A DNA stretch of 32,000 nucleotides from Vulcanisaeta distributa DSM 14429 (GCF_000148385.1 NC_014537.1:720001-752000); one strand, 5' to 3'; positions 18,125-26,143 are shown, numbered from the stretch's first letter. Notes: generated by a model not told the origin, from the letters alone. Program-made: numbers and translations.

Positions 18125-18406
18125 TTAATCCCTACGTTTACTTCTCACTGACGATATTAACAACCACAGGAAGAAGAGTATTGATACAATAAATATGCCA
18201 ACACCAACTAACTCCCTATGTACCGACAAGCTTATGGGCCTAATAAGCCTAACAAAGAGTAGAAGTGCTATTGAGAATACTAAGCCCACGGTTGCCACAA
18301 CCATTAGATTGATGTCATTATTACCCTCATACGTATGTTTAATGATCATACAAAGACCACGAAAGACATGGACTAAAATCCCTAACTCACAGGAACGCAG
18401 CAACAC
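18125..18406 (-). CDS. small two-TM membrane protein, hypothetical
   Basis: 93-aa ORF with two hydrophobic segments. The start is uncertain. Confidence 0.35.
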   Translation of the reverse strand: MLLRSCELGILVHVFRGLCMIIKHTYEGNNDINLMVVATVGLVFSIALLLFVRLIRPISLSVHRELVGVGIFIVSILFFLWLLISSVRSKRRD

Positions 18407-18545
18407 TTATATTCCTCATCACGATATAAGCAAACCTAATGCTTAAACCCACTTATCCCATATAATTAATTAACGATGTAAATTACCTGGCATTAACCCC
18501 ACGATAATCATACCACACTTAATGAAGAAAATATGCCTTAATTAC

Positions 18546-19076
18546 TCAATCCTTAAGGTTTGAAGCCTGGAGGTAAAATGCTGGGTGTCTCTTTAATAGG
18601 CTAGGGCAGGAGATGACAGCCACATTATTATTCCAATAGACCCAGGCCTGGATCACGTATCCCTCTGTCCAATTGCCCACTCCAATACTTGGTGCTGGGA
18701 GCCATGTGGTGCCATTCCAGTAGTACAAGGTTAGGACGACATCGATGCTCGTGAGGTGACCATTCTCTCCACTAATTATTAACTGCGTGACTGGCCCTGG
18801 CTGGATGAACGCATTACCCACTGGGTAGCTATAGTACCAATTCACATTGATGTCGTCTAGGCTATATCCGAGATACGCGGTGCCATTTATAATGGCTATG
18901 ATAAGCCAGGCACATGCGGTTCCGTAATGAGTGAGGTAGTAATTCCCGATTAGGTTTAATGCTACAAAAATAAAGGTTTTATTACCTACGATGGTATAAC
19001 GGCCAGGTGCCCAAATCTCGGCATTAAAGCCTGACTGCGAAACACCATTAACAATTTGACTAATTGGCAAGTGCAC
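18546..19076 (-). CDS. hypothetical aromatic/Asn-rich protein; the frame stays open upstream to 19343 without any ATG/GTG/TTG (possible frameshifted gene)
   Basis: The track gives a 176-aa ORF from a GTG at 19076. My own translation shows 89 more in-frame sense codons upstream. An ATG at 19370-19372 in another frame overlaps them at an A5 run. Confidence 0.45.
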   Translation of the reverse strand: MHLPISQIVNGVSQSGFNAEIWAPGRYTIVGNKTFIFVALNLIGNYYLTHYGTACAWLIIAIINGTAYLGYSLDDINVNWYYSYPVGNAFIQPGPVTQLIISGENGHLTSIDVVLTLYYWNGTTWLPAPSIGVGNWTEGYVIQAWVYWNNNVAVISCPSLLKRHPAFYLQASNLKD

Positions 19077-19416
19077 ATACTGTATCTGATAGAGATTATC
19101 TAACCTTACATCGAGTTGTATATAGTAGGACTGAAGCTTCTTAATACAATAATAGCCTGTAATGGCCGTGGTTAACGGACCTATATAAAAAATACCTGCT
19201 GATCGACCCTCAACTACCTCGAGACCACTACCACCCGTTAATATGGGTAATATTAGTGATGGGGGTGGAGTAAGGTGTTTGTTTACCTGTATGATGAAAT
19301 TTAATGCTTCTCCATAGTTTTTGAATCGTACATAAACATAATACTATATGGCATTACTGTTCTATTATTCATTATTACTGCACATCCACCTATGAATATT
19401 TTGCCCAAAGTGTTTC

Positions 19417-19983
19417 ATGGTGATGAGTGAGGAGGGGGTCATGAGGAAGGTTGGGGAGTTGAGGCTTTACCTCGATGATTATGAACAACTCATAAGGGAG
19501 CTCCTGGATAAGTCAGTCAGGAGCCCTAGGATTAAGTACTTCCTGCCCTTGACCCTGGCATTGAGTGGCAGGAGAATTGGTGAGGTTCTGAGGCTTGCTG
19601 TCAAGGACATTGATTTTGAGGAGCATAAAGTCACTTGGTGGATTGAGAAGAAGAGGCAGGCGATGTACCTGACGCTGCCGATGCCGAGTAGGTGGTTCAC
19701 CATTGCCCAGGACTACATTGTGCTTAACAAAATAACCAATGAGTTGTTCCCCATATCGAGGATAACCGCCTGGAGGGTTGTTACTGATGTCACAAGTGAG
19801 TTGATTGGCGTGAGGCTTAGTCCTCATGACCTGAGGCATTTGTTTGCGATGAAGGCATTATTGGACACTAAGGACTATGAGTTAGTCAGGAGGTGACTTG
19901 CTCATGAGGATCTTGACATGGTCCTGTACTACGCAAAGGTGGTTGGACTTGAGGTCAGGGAATACCCAATCAAGGTTGATTAG
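19417..19983 (+). pseudogene. small tyrosine recombinase interrupted by an in-frame TGA just before the catalytic-Tyr motif
   Basis: The ORF carries SGRRIGEVLRL (Arg) and PHDLRHLF (H-x-x-R). A TGA follows at 19894-19896. The same frame then continues LAHEDLDMVLYYAKV (His and Tyr) to a TAG at 19981-19983. Confidence 0.7.
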
Positions 19984-20026
19984 GGCAAGTGGCATTAAGC
20001 AACGGTTTGCGTCATGGTGTTCAGGA

Positions 20027-20040
20027 AAGATTTAAATTTT
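20027..20040 (+). promoter_or_regulatory. TATA-like box upstream of the structured RNA candidate
   Basis: AAGATTTAAATTTT lies about 46 nt upstream of the closing helix. The predicted transcription start would be near 20060. Confidence 0.4.
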
Positions 20041-20085
20041 GTTGGAATGGTACTACTAGCGTTGTTTATTGAGTGATTAGGATGA

Positions 20086-20171
20086 GCGGGGTGGGGTTAA
20101 ACCCAGTGATGTGTGGTGGACCGTCTGAGGCATGATGATAAGCCGGCACCGAGGGAACCAGCCCACCCCGC
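20086..20171 (+). ncRNA. atypical C/D box-like RNA enclosed by a bulge-helix-bulge-like motif and a 10-bp helix
   Basis: GCGGGGUGGG (20086-95) pairs with CCCACCCCGC (20162-71). Inside are GUGAUGU, 12 nt, CUGA, GGC, AUGAUGA, 10 nt, CCGA. The details are given in the findings. Confidence 0.45.
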
Positions 20172-20238
20172 CAGTTGGGTATTGCTTAAGTCCTTAATTA
20201 AGCTTTCGCTTTGATAAATAGAGTGGGTGGTGAAGCCC

Positions 20239-21396
20239 TCAGTGACACAGCAAACACGGTGCATGCCTAAGGTACCAGTTCCTAAGTTCCTCATGCCTAG
20301 GTGACCAGTAGTGCTCGATCAAGATACGGTGCTCGCTTGGTGGTGCCCTGCCCTGTAGGGTATTCACAATTGACTCTGGTACGCCCCTTGAAATCATCCA
20401 CGTGGCGAAGAACTTACGCAATTCATAAAGCTCGAAGTCCCTGCCAAGCACCTGCCTGGCAGCCTCCTTGATCTCACGCCTAAGCCTGTCCCTGTCGAAG
20501 GGCATGAACTTCCTAGCCCAGTCCTCGACACTGGGCTTAACGCCTAGGTAGTCAGCCTTTATCGCCTCGAGCCTATTCCTAACGAGCCAATCACGCCTGG
20601 GCATGTACTGCGCCTTAATGAACTCAAGGGTCTTAGGCTGTAGGAAGGCTATGAACGTCCTCTTTGTCTCGGTTATCTTGCCAATCCTGAGCATGCCGTG
20701 CTCAAGATCCACGTCGTCCATACTTACCAGGAACGGCTCGCTTGGTCTAAGCCCAGTCTCTGCCAGGATTATGAAGTAGGTCTTAGCCTCAATGCTCTCG
20801 ATTTTCGAGAGCACCTGCCTAAGCTCCTCAAGGGTTGGGAGCTTGGTCTTGTTGTGGTTCCTGGGCTTAATCGTCGTGAATGAGTTGTATAGGACCGCAA
20901 AGAGCCCGGGGTCCCTGGGCTTCAGCACAGTCTTTATGAGGGACTTTAGGCTCACGGTCACGTGCCTAACAACGTATGGCGACTCCTCCTCAGCAAGCCC
21001 ACCGAGGAATTCGGTAATGCCCTCTGGCGTCAGCACCCAGTCAAGCTCCTCGAGGGCTCGCCTAATGTACCTGAGCTCGTCGTTTAGGGTCTTCTCACCA
21101 ACGCCCTTCAAACGCTTAGCCTTGATGAATGCCTCAATGTCCTCCTGGGTCACGTGCCAAGCCCTGCCGAGGCTTTGAACGTAATCACCTAAGTATCGAG
21201 AGAGCAATGCAAGGAATTGCTCTCTAAATGTGGGGTCTTCCCTGGCTGTTATTATGACCCTAAGGGCATCACTCAGTGATGCACGCCTCTCGGGGACCCA
21301 GCCCCTGAGCAATGACTGCAATTCCTCAGGGGTTAGAAGCCTGAGCATCGAGCATAGCAAACCATCGCCAACCCTACGCCTGCCAGAGCGGATCAT
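20239..21396 (-). CDS. tyrosine recombinase / integrase of an archaeal integrative element
   Basis: 385-aa ORF with ETGLRPSE (Arg), YELRKFFATWM (x-x-L-R box) and LQGRAPPSEHRILIEHYW (terminal Tyr box). Its 5' end faces the 3' end of tRNA-Leu 236 nt away. Confidence 0.8.
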   Translation of the reverse strand: MIRSGRRRVGDGLLCSMLRLLTPEELQSLLRGWVPERRASLSDALRVIITAREDPTFREQFLALLSRYLGDYVQSLGRAWHVTQEDIEAFIKAKRLKGVGEKTLNDELRYIRRALEELDWVLTPEGITEFLGGLAEEESPYVVRHVTVSLKSLIKTVLKPRDPGLFAVLYNSFTTIKPRNHNKTKLPTLEELRQVLSKIESIEAKTYFIILAETGLRPSEPFLVSMDDVDLEHGMLRIGKITETKRTFIAFLQPKTLEFIKAQYMPRRDWLVRNRLEAIKADYLGVKPSVEDWARKFMPFDRDRLRREIKEAARQVLGRDFELYELRKFFATWMISRGVPESIVNTLQGRAPPSEHRILIEHYWSPRHEELRNWYLRHAPCLLCH

Positions 21397-21631
21397 TGAT
21401 ATGTAGTTACTCGTGACACCGAGGTCACGAGGCTTAACACCCTTATTACTAATTAAATAATTAATTCAAGGATTAGTAGCCTCTGCTCGTTGTTGATCTC
21501 CTCAATGGCTACCAACGAACAATCAACCATAGACCAAACCCGTGATTAATCACCCAGGCACGTATATAAACTTTATGAAAACAGTCACTAATTGAAATGA
21601 AAACGACACGATTCGTAATTAATTCAATCTC

Positions 21632-21719
21632 TGGTGCGGGGGGTGGGATTTGAACCCACGCAGGCCTTCGCCAACGGGACCTAAACCCGTCCCCTTTGAC
21701 CAGGCTCGGGCACCCCCGC
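21632..21719 (-). tRNA. tRNA-Leu (anticodon UAG), long variable arm, CCA encoded
   Basis: The minus strand reads GCGGGGG UG CCCGAGCCUGGUCAAAGGGG ACGGG UUUAGGU CCCGU UGGCGAAGGCCUGC GUGGG UUCAAAU CCCAC CCCCCGC A CCA. Confidence 0.93.
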
Positions 21720-21797
21720 AAGATCATTACTTATCGTCCTTGGTTTATTAATTTTTTGTACGTGTTTTTCGTCGATATCTATTCGATAATTAAGAAT

Positions 21798-21810
21798 GGT
21801 TTTTAAAGAG
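21798..21810 (+). promoter_or_regulatory. TATA-like box for the surface glycoprotein gene
   Basis: GGTTTTTAAAGAG is centred about 29 nt upstream of the ATG at 21833. Confidence 0.5.
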
Positions 21811-21832
21811 GGCGCTTGTTTTGTGTGTTTCG

Positions 21833-23674
21833 ATGGATCCGATATCACTATCTATAATAGTGCTGGCGCACTGGTTGTTAAATCAGCCCGTGGCGCCTGG
21901 CGAGGATTCATACCTAGTGTTTACTGTGTTTAATCCAACGCAGGCTTACCTATTTAACATGACAATAACCATAAACTCATCATTGATAAAGCCCATCTAC
22001 TACGTCAATTCCTCATCGAATTACTGCCAAATACCTGTTGTACCACCTGAGGGTAATAGTTCGTGTATTGTTTACGTGCAAGTAGATCCCGATGTATCGA
22101 TGGGTATTTACCAGGTGCCAGTAACCGTCAATTATACGGAGGTTAATGTAACGACTAGCGTTAAGCCATTAATTGTTTATCAAACGATATCGATACCCGT
22201 CACCACGTTAGTGACCACAACGTTATACAATGGTGAGCCAGTCATAACCGGTGTTAAGACAGTTCCGGTCACGATACAGATACCGACCGTGATGGGTTCA
22301 ATACCCTCAATATCCACCTCCCAGTCCTCAGAGAGTGTTAGTACAAACGTATCCATCCCCATACTTGGTTATGTTGGTTTTGAGGCAACGGCCATGATAG
22401 GTACGCCAGACAATGTGGTTCAGGCATTGCCTAAGTCCTACGTACCCATAACAATATACCTAACCAACTACGGAAACACCCCAGTCTATAATGTCACGGT
22501 TACCCTACTATCAGCACCACCACAACTCGATATAGTAAACACCACACAACACTTGCCAGCCCTACCGCCAGGCCAACCAGTGCCACTAACATTCTACGCA
22601 TACGTACCCAGCTACATACCGCAGGGTAATTACACACTGGAGCTTAGGGTTGACTACTTCACCGGTGTTGATGATGTGATTAACGCAACGCTGGTGGTGC
22701 CCCAGGAACCCATCGTTTACATACAGTCAGTGGCTACAAACCCACCTGAGGTGTTTCAGAGTTACCCAATGGCTCAGTTAATACTAAGTATTGTTAATAT
22801 TGGTTCTGGGATCGCCTATGACGCCCAACTCTTCATAAACAGCACAGGTGCCTCACCGTTGGTGAGTATGCCGTTAATACTCGGCGCAATTCCACCTGGT
22901 CAGCCAATACAGTTGACAGTGCCCATAAGCCTACCGAGCAATCCAGGTAACTACACGGTGGATATAACCGTGACCTATGACGGTGGGTCAACAACAAGGT
23001 ATTACCAACTAAACGTGAGACCAAGGGCAAACCTAGTCATCGTAAGTGTTAGTTATCCACAGCCACCAAGCCCAAGCCTATCAAACCTAGGCGCGTTGTT
23101 CAGCACCATAACCTCACCAACACTATCACCAGGTGCGTCCAAGGTCCCAATAACGATTACCATAATGAATGAGGGACCTGTGGAGGCTAAGAACATAATG
23201 GTGACCATATCCACTGGGCAGGTAATACAGCCACACGTATCATCGAGCAACCCACTCTCGGCATTAACGGCGTCCCAGGCATTCATCGGCGACCTAAAGC
23301 CTGGGCAGGAGATAAACGTCACATTCCTAGTGGACGTGGACTCAAACGCGAGGCCAGGTAATTACCCGCTTGTGCTTACGTTCATATGGAACCAGACGGG
23401 CTCCCTCTACCCATTGACCGAGTCCGTAACCACCTACATAACGGTTAAGCCAGCGCCAAACGTGCTCCTCTGGATCGTTCTGATACTAATAATAATTGTG
23501 ATAGTGATAGGGATAATAGCGGCAGTAAGGAGGCGTAGGCTAGGCAGTAACAACAACCGCGGAATGCAAGTATCCTACGGTAATCAGGGACCGGGCAATT
23601 ACCAGGGTAGGCTCGTATACTACGAGGTGCTCTGCGGCGGTGATGATAAATGCGTAGAGGTGGAGTTGGTTTAG
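21833..23674 (+). CDS. large extracellular protein with four CARDB/COG1361-like repeats and a C-terminal TM anchor
   Basis: Four repeats share a core of a Pro-Gly turn (P-P-G-Q in two repeats, K-P-G-Q and P-P-E-G in the others), then beta-strand sequence, then G-(N/I)-Y-x-(L/V)-x-(L/V/I)-x-V/F-x-Y. There are many N-x-S/T sequons. The C-terminal anchor is LLWIVLILIIIVIVIGIIAAVRRRR. I prefer the ATG at 21833 over the TTG at 21821. Confidence 0.7.
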   Translation: MDPISLSIIVLAHWLLNQPVAPGEDSYLVFTVFNPTQAYLFNMTITINSSLIKPIYYVNSSSNYCQIPVVPPEGNSSCIVYVQVDPDVSMGIYQVPVTVNYTEVNVTTSVKPLIVYQTISIPVTTLVTTTLYNGEPVITGVKTVPVTIQIPTVMGSIPSISTSQSSESVSTNVSIPILGYVGFEATAMIGTPDNVVQALPKSYVPITIYLTNYGNTPVYNVTVTLLSAPPQLDIVNTTQHLPALPPGQPVPLTFYAYVPSYIPQGNYTLELRVDYFTGVDDVINATLVVPQEPIVYIQSVATNPPEVFQSYPMAQLILSIVNIGSGIAYDAQLFINSTGASPLVSMPLILGAIPPGQPIQLTVPISLPSNPGNYTVDITVTYDGGSTTRYYQLNVRPRANLVIVSVSYPQPPSPSLSNLGALFSTITSPTLSPGASKVPITITIMNEGPVEAKNIMVTISTGQVIQPHVSSSNPLSALTASQAFIGDLKPGQEINVTFLVDVDSNARPGNYPLVLTFIWNQTGSLYPLTESVTTYITVKPAPNVLLWIVLILIIIVIVIGIIAAVRRRRLGSNNNRGMQVSYGNQGPGNYQGRLVYYEVLCGGDDKCVEVELV

Positions 23675-25110
23675 AGGGGGAGTATGACGTTGCATATGCG
23701 TGGCGTGCAACCGCAATATTGGTCACCTTAACACTCGTTGTTATGTACACCGAGGGAATGCTAGTACCGTCACTACCAACGATTCAGAGGGACCTCAATA
23801 TATCTGCTGCCGATGCCTCCTGGATATTGTCAATCTACATCCTCATGGGTACATTATCCTCGGCAATAATGGGTAAGCTCGGCGACATGTTTGGTAAGAA
23901 GAGGATGCTCATGATAACAATGATTATATATACAATTGGCGCCCTCATCACGGGATTCTCAACAAGCTACGGAATGCTCCTAGTGGGTAGGGCACTGCAG
24001 GGCGTTGGCATGGCAATGATGCCCCTAGCCTTCGCCCTGGTTAGGGAGGAGTTCCCGCCACGAATGATACCGCAGGTCCAGGGATTAATAAGTGCCATGT
24101 TCGGGGTTGGAATGGCCGTATCACTACCGCTGGGTGCCTACGTATCCCAAACCCTCGGTTGGCAGGCAACGTACCACACGGTATACCCATTTATCATAAT
24201 CGAGGACTTAATGGTCTACCTATACATTAGGGAGAGCAGGGTTAGGAATCCACAACCAATTGATTGGGTAGGACTATTCCTGCTCTCTGTATCATTAGCC
24301 AGTGGCTTAATAGCGGTCACCGATGCACCAACGTATGGCTGGACAGACCCATTAATAATGTCCCTACTGATACTCTTCGTACTCGGCTTCGGGGTATTCG
24401 TACTCTACGAAACAACGGTCGACCACCCCCTCGTCCCAATAAACTTACTGGGTAATAGGAATGTCATGGCAGCAAACATAGGGGTTGCCCTAGCTGGTTT
24501 CGCCCTATTCCTAATGGCCCAGGCCCTGACATACCTACTTGAATCGCCTAAGCCGCTTGGTTATGACCTGTCAATACTGGATGCGGGTATTATGATGATA
24601 CCAATGGCCGTTGTCCAGATGATAACCGCCCCAATAGCGGGTAGAGTAATCACAAGTATTGGCGCTAGGAGGTTAGCCGTCATCGGGTCCGTAATAGCAA
24701 TAATAGGCCTATTGATGCTTACGTACACTTCGTTCTACGGTCTATCGTATGTAATAGGGTCGATGTCCGTATTAGCCGCCGGCATAAGCATGGTTAATGT
24801 GGCGGTGATAAACATCTTGGTATTCTCCGTGGGCAGGAGGAACATGGGCCTGGCCACGGGCTTAAACTCGGTCTTCAGGAACATAGGCGGTGCGTGGGGG
24901 CCGGCGGTGGCTGGTTCACTAATGAGTATGTACCAGGCCTCAGTACTCATATCACTTAAGCCCCTGTTCTGGATAACACTACCTGCCAAGTTCTCCTACC
25001 AGTTAATGTTCATGATAACCACGGCCCTCTACATAATGGCCATAGTGGTCATTGTGACGCTAACACGTGAAATATTCGTGAAGGGCGAAATAAGGGCTCT
25101 CGAAGTTTAG
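23650..25110 (+). CDS. MFS transporter (14-TM, DHA2/EmrB-like)
   Basis: 486-aa ORF with motif A (GKLGDMFGKKRM) and many TM segments. It overlaps the upstream gene by 25 nt. Confidence 0.8.
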   Translation: MRRGGVGLEGEYDVAYAWRATAILVTLTLVVMYTEGMLVPSLPTIQRDLNISAADASWILSIYILMGTLSSAIMGKLGDMFGKKRMLMITMIIYTIGALITGFSTSYGMLLVGRALQGVGMAMMPLAFALVREEFPPRMIPQVQGLISAMFGVGMAVSLPLGAYVSQTLGWQATYHTVYPFIIIEDLMVYLYIRESRVRNPQPIDWVGLFLLSVSLASGLIAVTDAPTYGWTDPLIMSLLILFVLGFGVFVLYETTVDHPLVPINLLGNRNVMAANIGVALAGFALFLMAQALTYLLESPKPLGYDLSILDAGIMMIPMAVVQMITAPIAGRVITSIGARRLAVIGSVIAIIGLLMLTYTSFYGLSYVIGSMSVLAAGISMVNVAVINILVFSVGRRNMGLATGLNSVFRNIGGAWGPAVAGSLMSMYQASVLISLKPLFWITLPAKFSYQLMFMITTALYIMAIVVIVTLTREIFVKGEIRALEV

Positions 25111-26093
25111 GTACTAGCCCAACCAGTGAAGTAATCCCAACCTCTATACCTAAGTATTGAACCCTTAAAATAAACGCCCTCACCCTCCTCAACAGTTGCA
25201 AACGGCTTAAAACCAAGCCTTTCAAACACAGGTATGCAGCTTCTCCTTACCGAGAACACGGGCAGGAACTCCTCACCACCATTAAACACCGCCTCCTCAA
25301 TATTAACATCACCAATCTCACTCATTGAGTTGAGGAAATCTTCGCTCACGGGTAATTCATTGATTATTATTTTAACTCCGCCATCAGTGGACATGGTCCA
25401 AAGCACCTTACCAAGCCCATCACTCGAATCCATACTGGCCGAAATACACTCCCTATGCCGTAATAAGTCGTTTAGTATATTCATCTCCAGCCTGGGTCTT
25501 TTGAGTATTTCAATTCCTTCCCTAACAACCCTTGAGTCAATCCACCTATTTAATTCATTACTATAGTATAGTTTAAAGACGAGGCCCGTGTAGCCAAAGT
25601 AAGGCTTGGTCACGAGTACATCACCAACCCTGGGCTTCCTACCAATGATACCAGCCAATGGTTTACCTATTGCGGCGACATCAATCACATTATCCAAACC
25701 CTCATTTAAATCACCACCCAGGTACTTCATGCCCAGGTAATTAGCTCCCTCGTTTAACCCATTAATTAATTCCCTAAATTCATCAATACCCGAATCACCC
25801 CTCATTGTTATTGAGACCACGGCATAGAGTGGCTTAGTGAGCTTCACGAGGAAGTCACTACCTACTGCAGCCATGACCTTCCAACCCATGTCAAAGTACG
25901 TCATGAAAGGCATCCTTGACGTTGACAGTGATATACCATCAATCTTAATAGCCAGCATATTACCATCAATCTCCAGGAATTCCAAGTCATTATCCTCACC
26001 AAAACCAGTGATACTCCTAATGATGCTTATTAAGTTAGTCTCCCCAAACCCCCTTAATACATTCCCAACCTTAGTATTATCTTCCTTACCCAT
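25107..26093 (-). CDS. PurM-superfamily protein, thiamine-monophosphate kinase (ThiL)-like
   Basis: 328-aa ORF. The layout (FGEDNDLEFLEIDG, AIKIDGIS, AVGSDFLVKLTKP, YLGGDLNEG, GKPLAG, PRVGDVLV) parallels the conserved ThiL/AIR-synthase-related blocks. Confidence 0.6.
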   Translation of the reverse strand: MGKEDNTKVGNVLRGFGETNLISIIRSITGFGEDNDLEFLEIDGNMLAIKIDGISLSTSRMPFMTYFDMGWKVMAAVGSDFLVKLTKPLYAVVSITMRGDSGIDEFRELINGLNEGANYLGMKYLGGDLNEGLDNVIDVAAIGKPLAGIIGRKPRVGDVLVTKPYFGYTGLVFKLYYSNELNRWIDSRVVREGIEILKRPRLEMNILNDLLRHRECISASMDSSDGLGKVLWTMSTDGGVKIIINELPVSEDFLNSMSEIGDVNIEEAVFNGGEEFLPVFSVRRSCIPVFERLGFKPFATVEEGEGVYFKGSILRYRGWDYFTGWAST

Positions 26094-26143
26094 TTAATGA
26101 GAATGCGCCTGTTGCGTATATTAGCGTTTTTAGAATAGCCTCT

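Larger units (their letters stand above)
18092..21631. mobile_element. candidate degraded integrated element(s) at the 3' side of tRNA-Leu
   Basis: The region contains an intact integrase directly downstream of tRNA-Leu, a second recombinase gene with an in-frame stop, an ORF without a start codon, and a sequence resembling the tRNA-Leu ends at 20086-20171. It is bounded by housekeeping thpR and the tRNA. The left boundary is not defined by a clear repeat. Confidence 0.4.

Noticed and set aside
18443-18456. CTTAAACCCACT as a possible left att remnant, by similarity to TTTGAACCCAC in the tRNA-Leu T-arm and to GTTAAACCCAG at 20096
   Set aside because: Only about 9 nt are shared with no flanking similarity, and a match of that length is expected by chance in 32 kb. 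I therefore leave the left boundary of the element undefined.
20086-20171. Minus-strand reading of this element as a functional tRNA, possibly intron-containing
   Set aside because: A 7-10 bp acceptor-like helix exists (GCGGGGU with ACCCCGC). However, there is no U8 and no 5-bp T stem with a 7-nt loop (only GGG-UUUAA-CCC). No convincing D arm or anticodon arm can be drawn. At best it is a decayed tRNA-Leu-like copy.
20097-20294. 65-aa minus-strand ORF between the integrase stop and the recombinase pseudogene
   Set aside because: It overlaps the integrase 3' end and the structured GC-rich element, and it has no start context or motif.
21509-21727. 72-aa minus-strand ORF
   Set aside because: It reads straight through the tRNA-Leu gene, so it is spurious.
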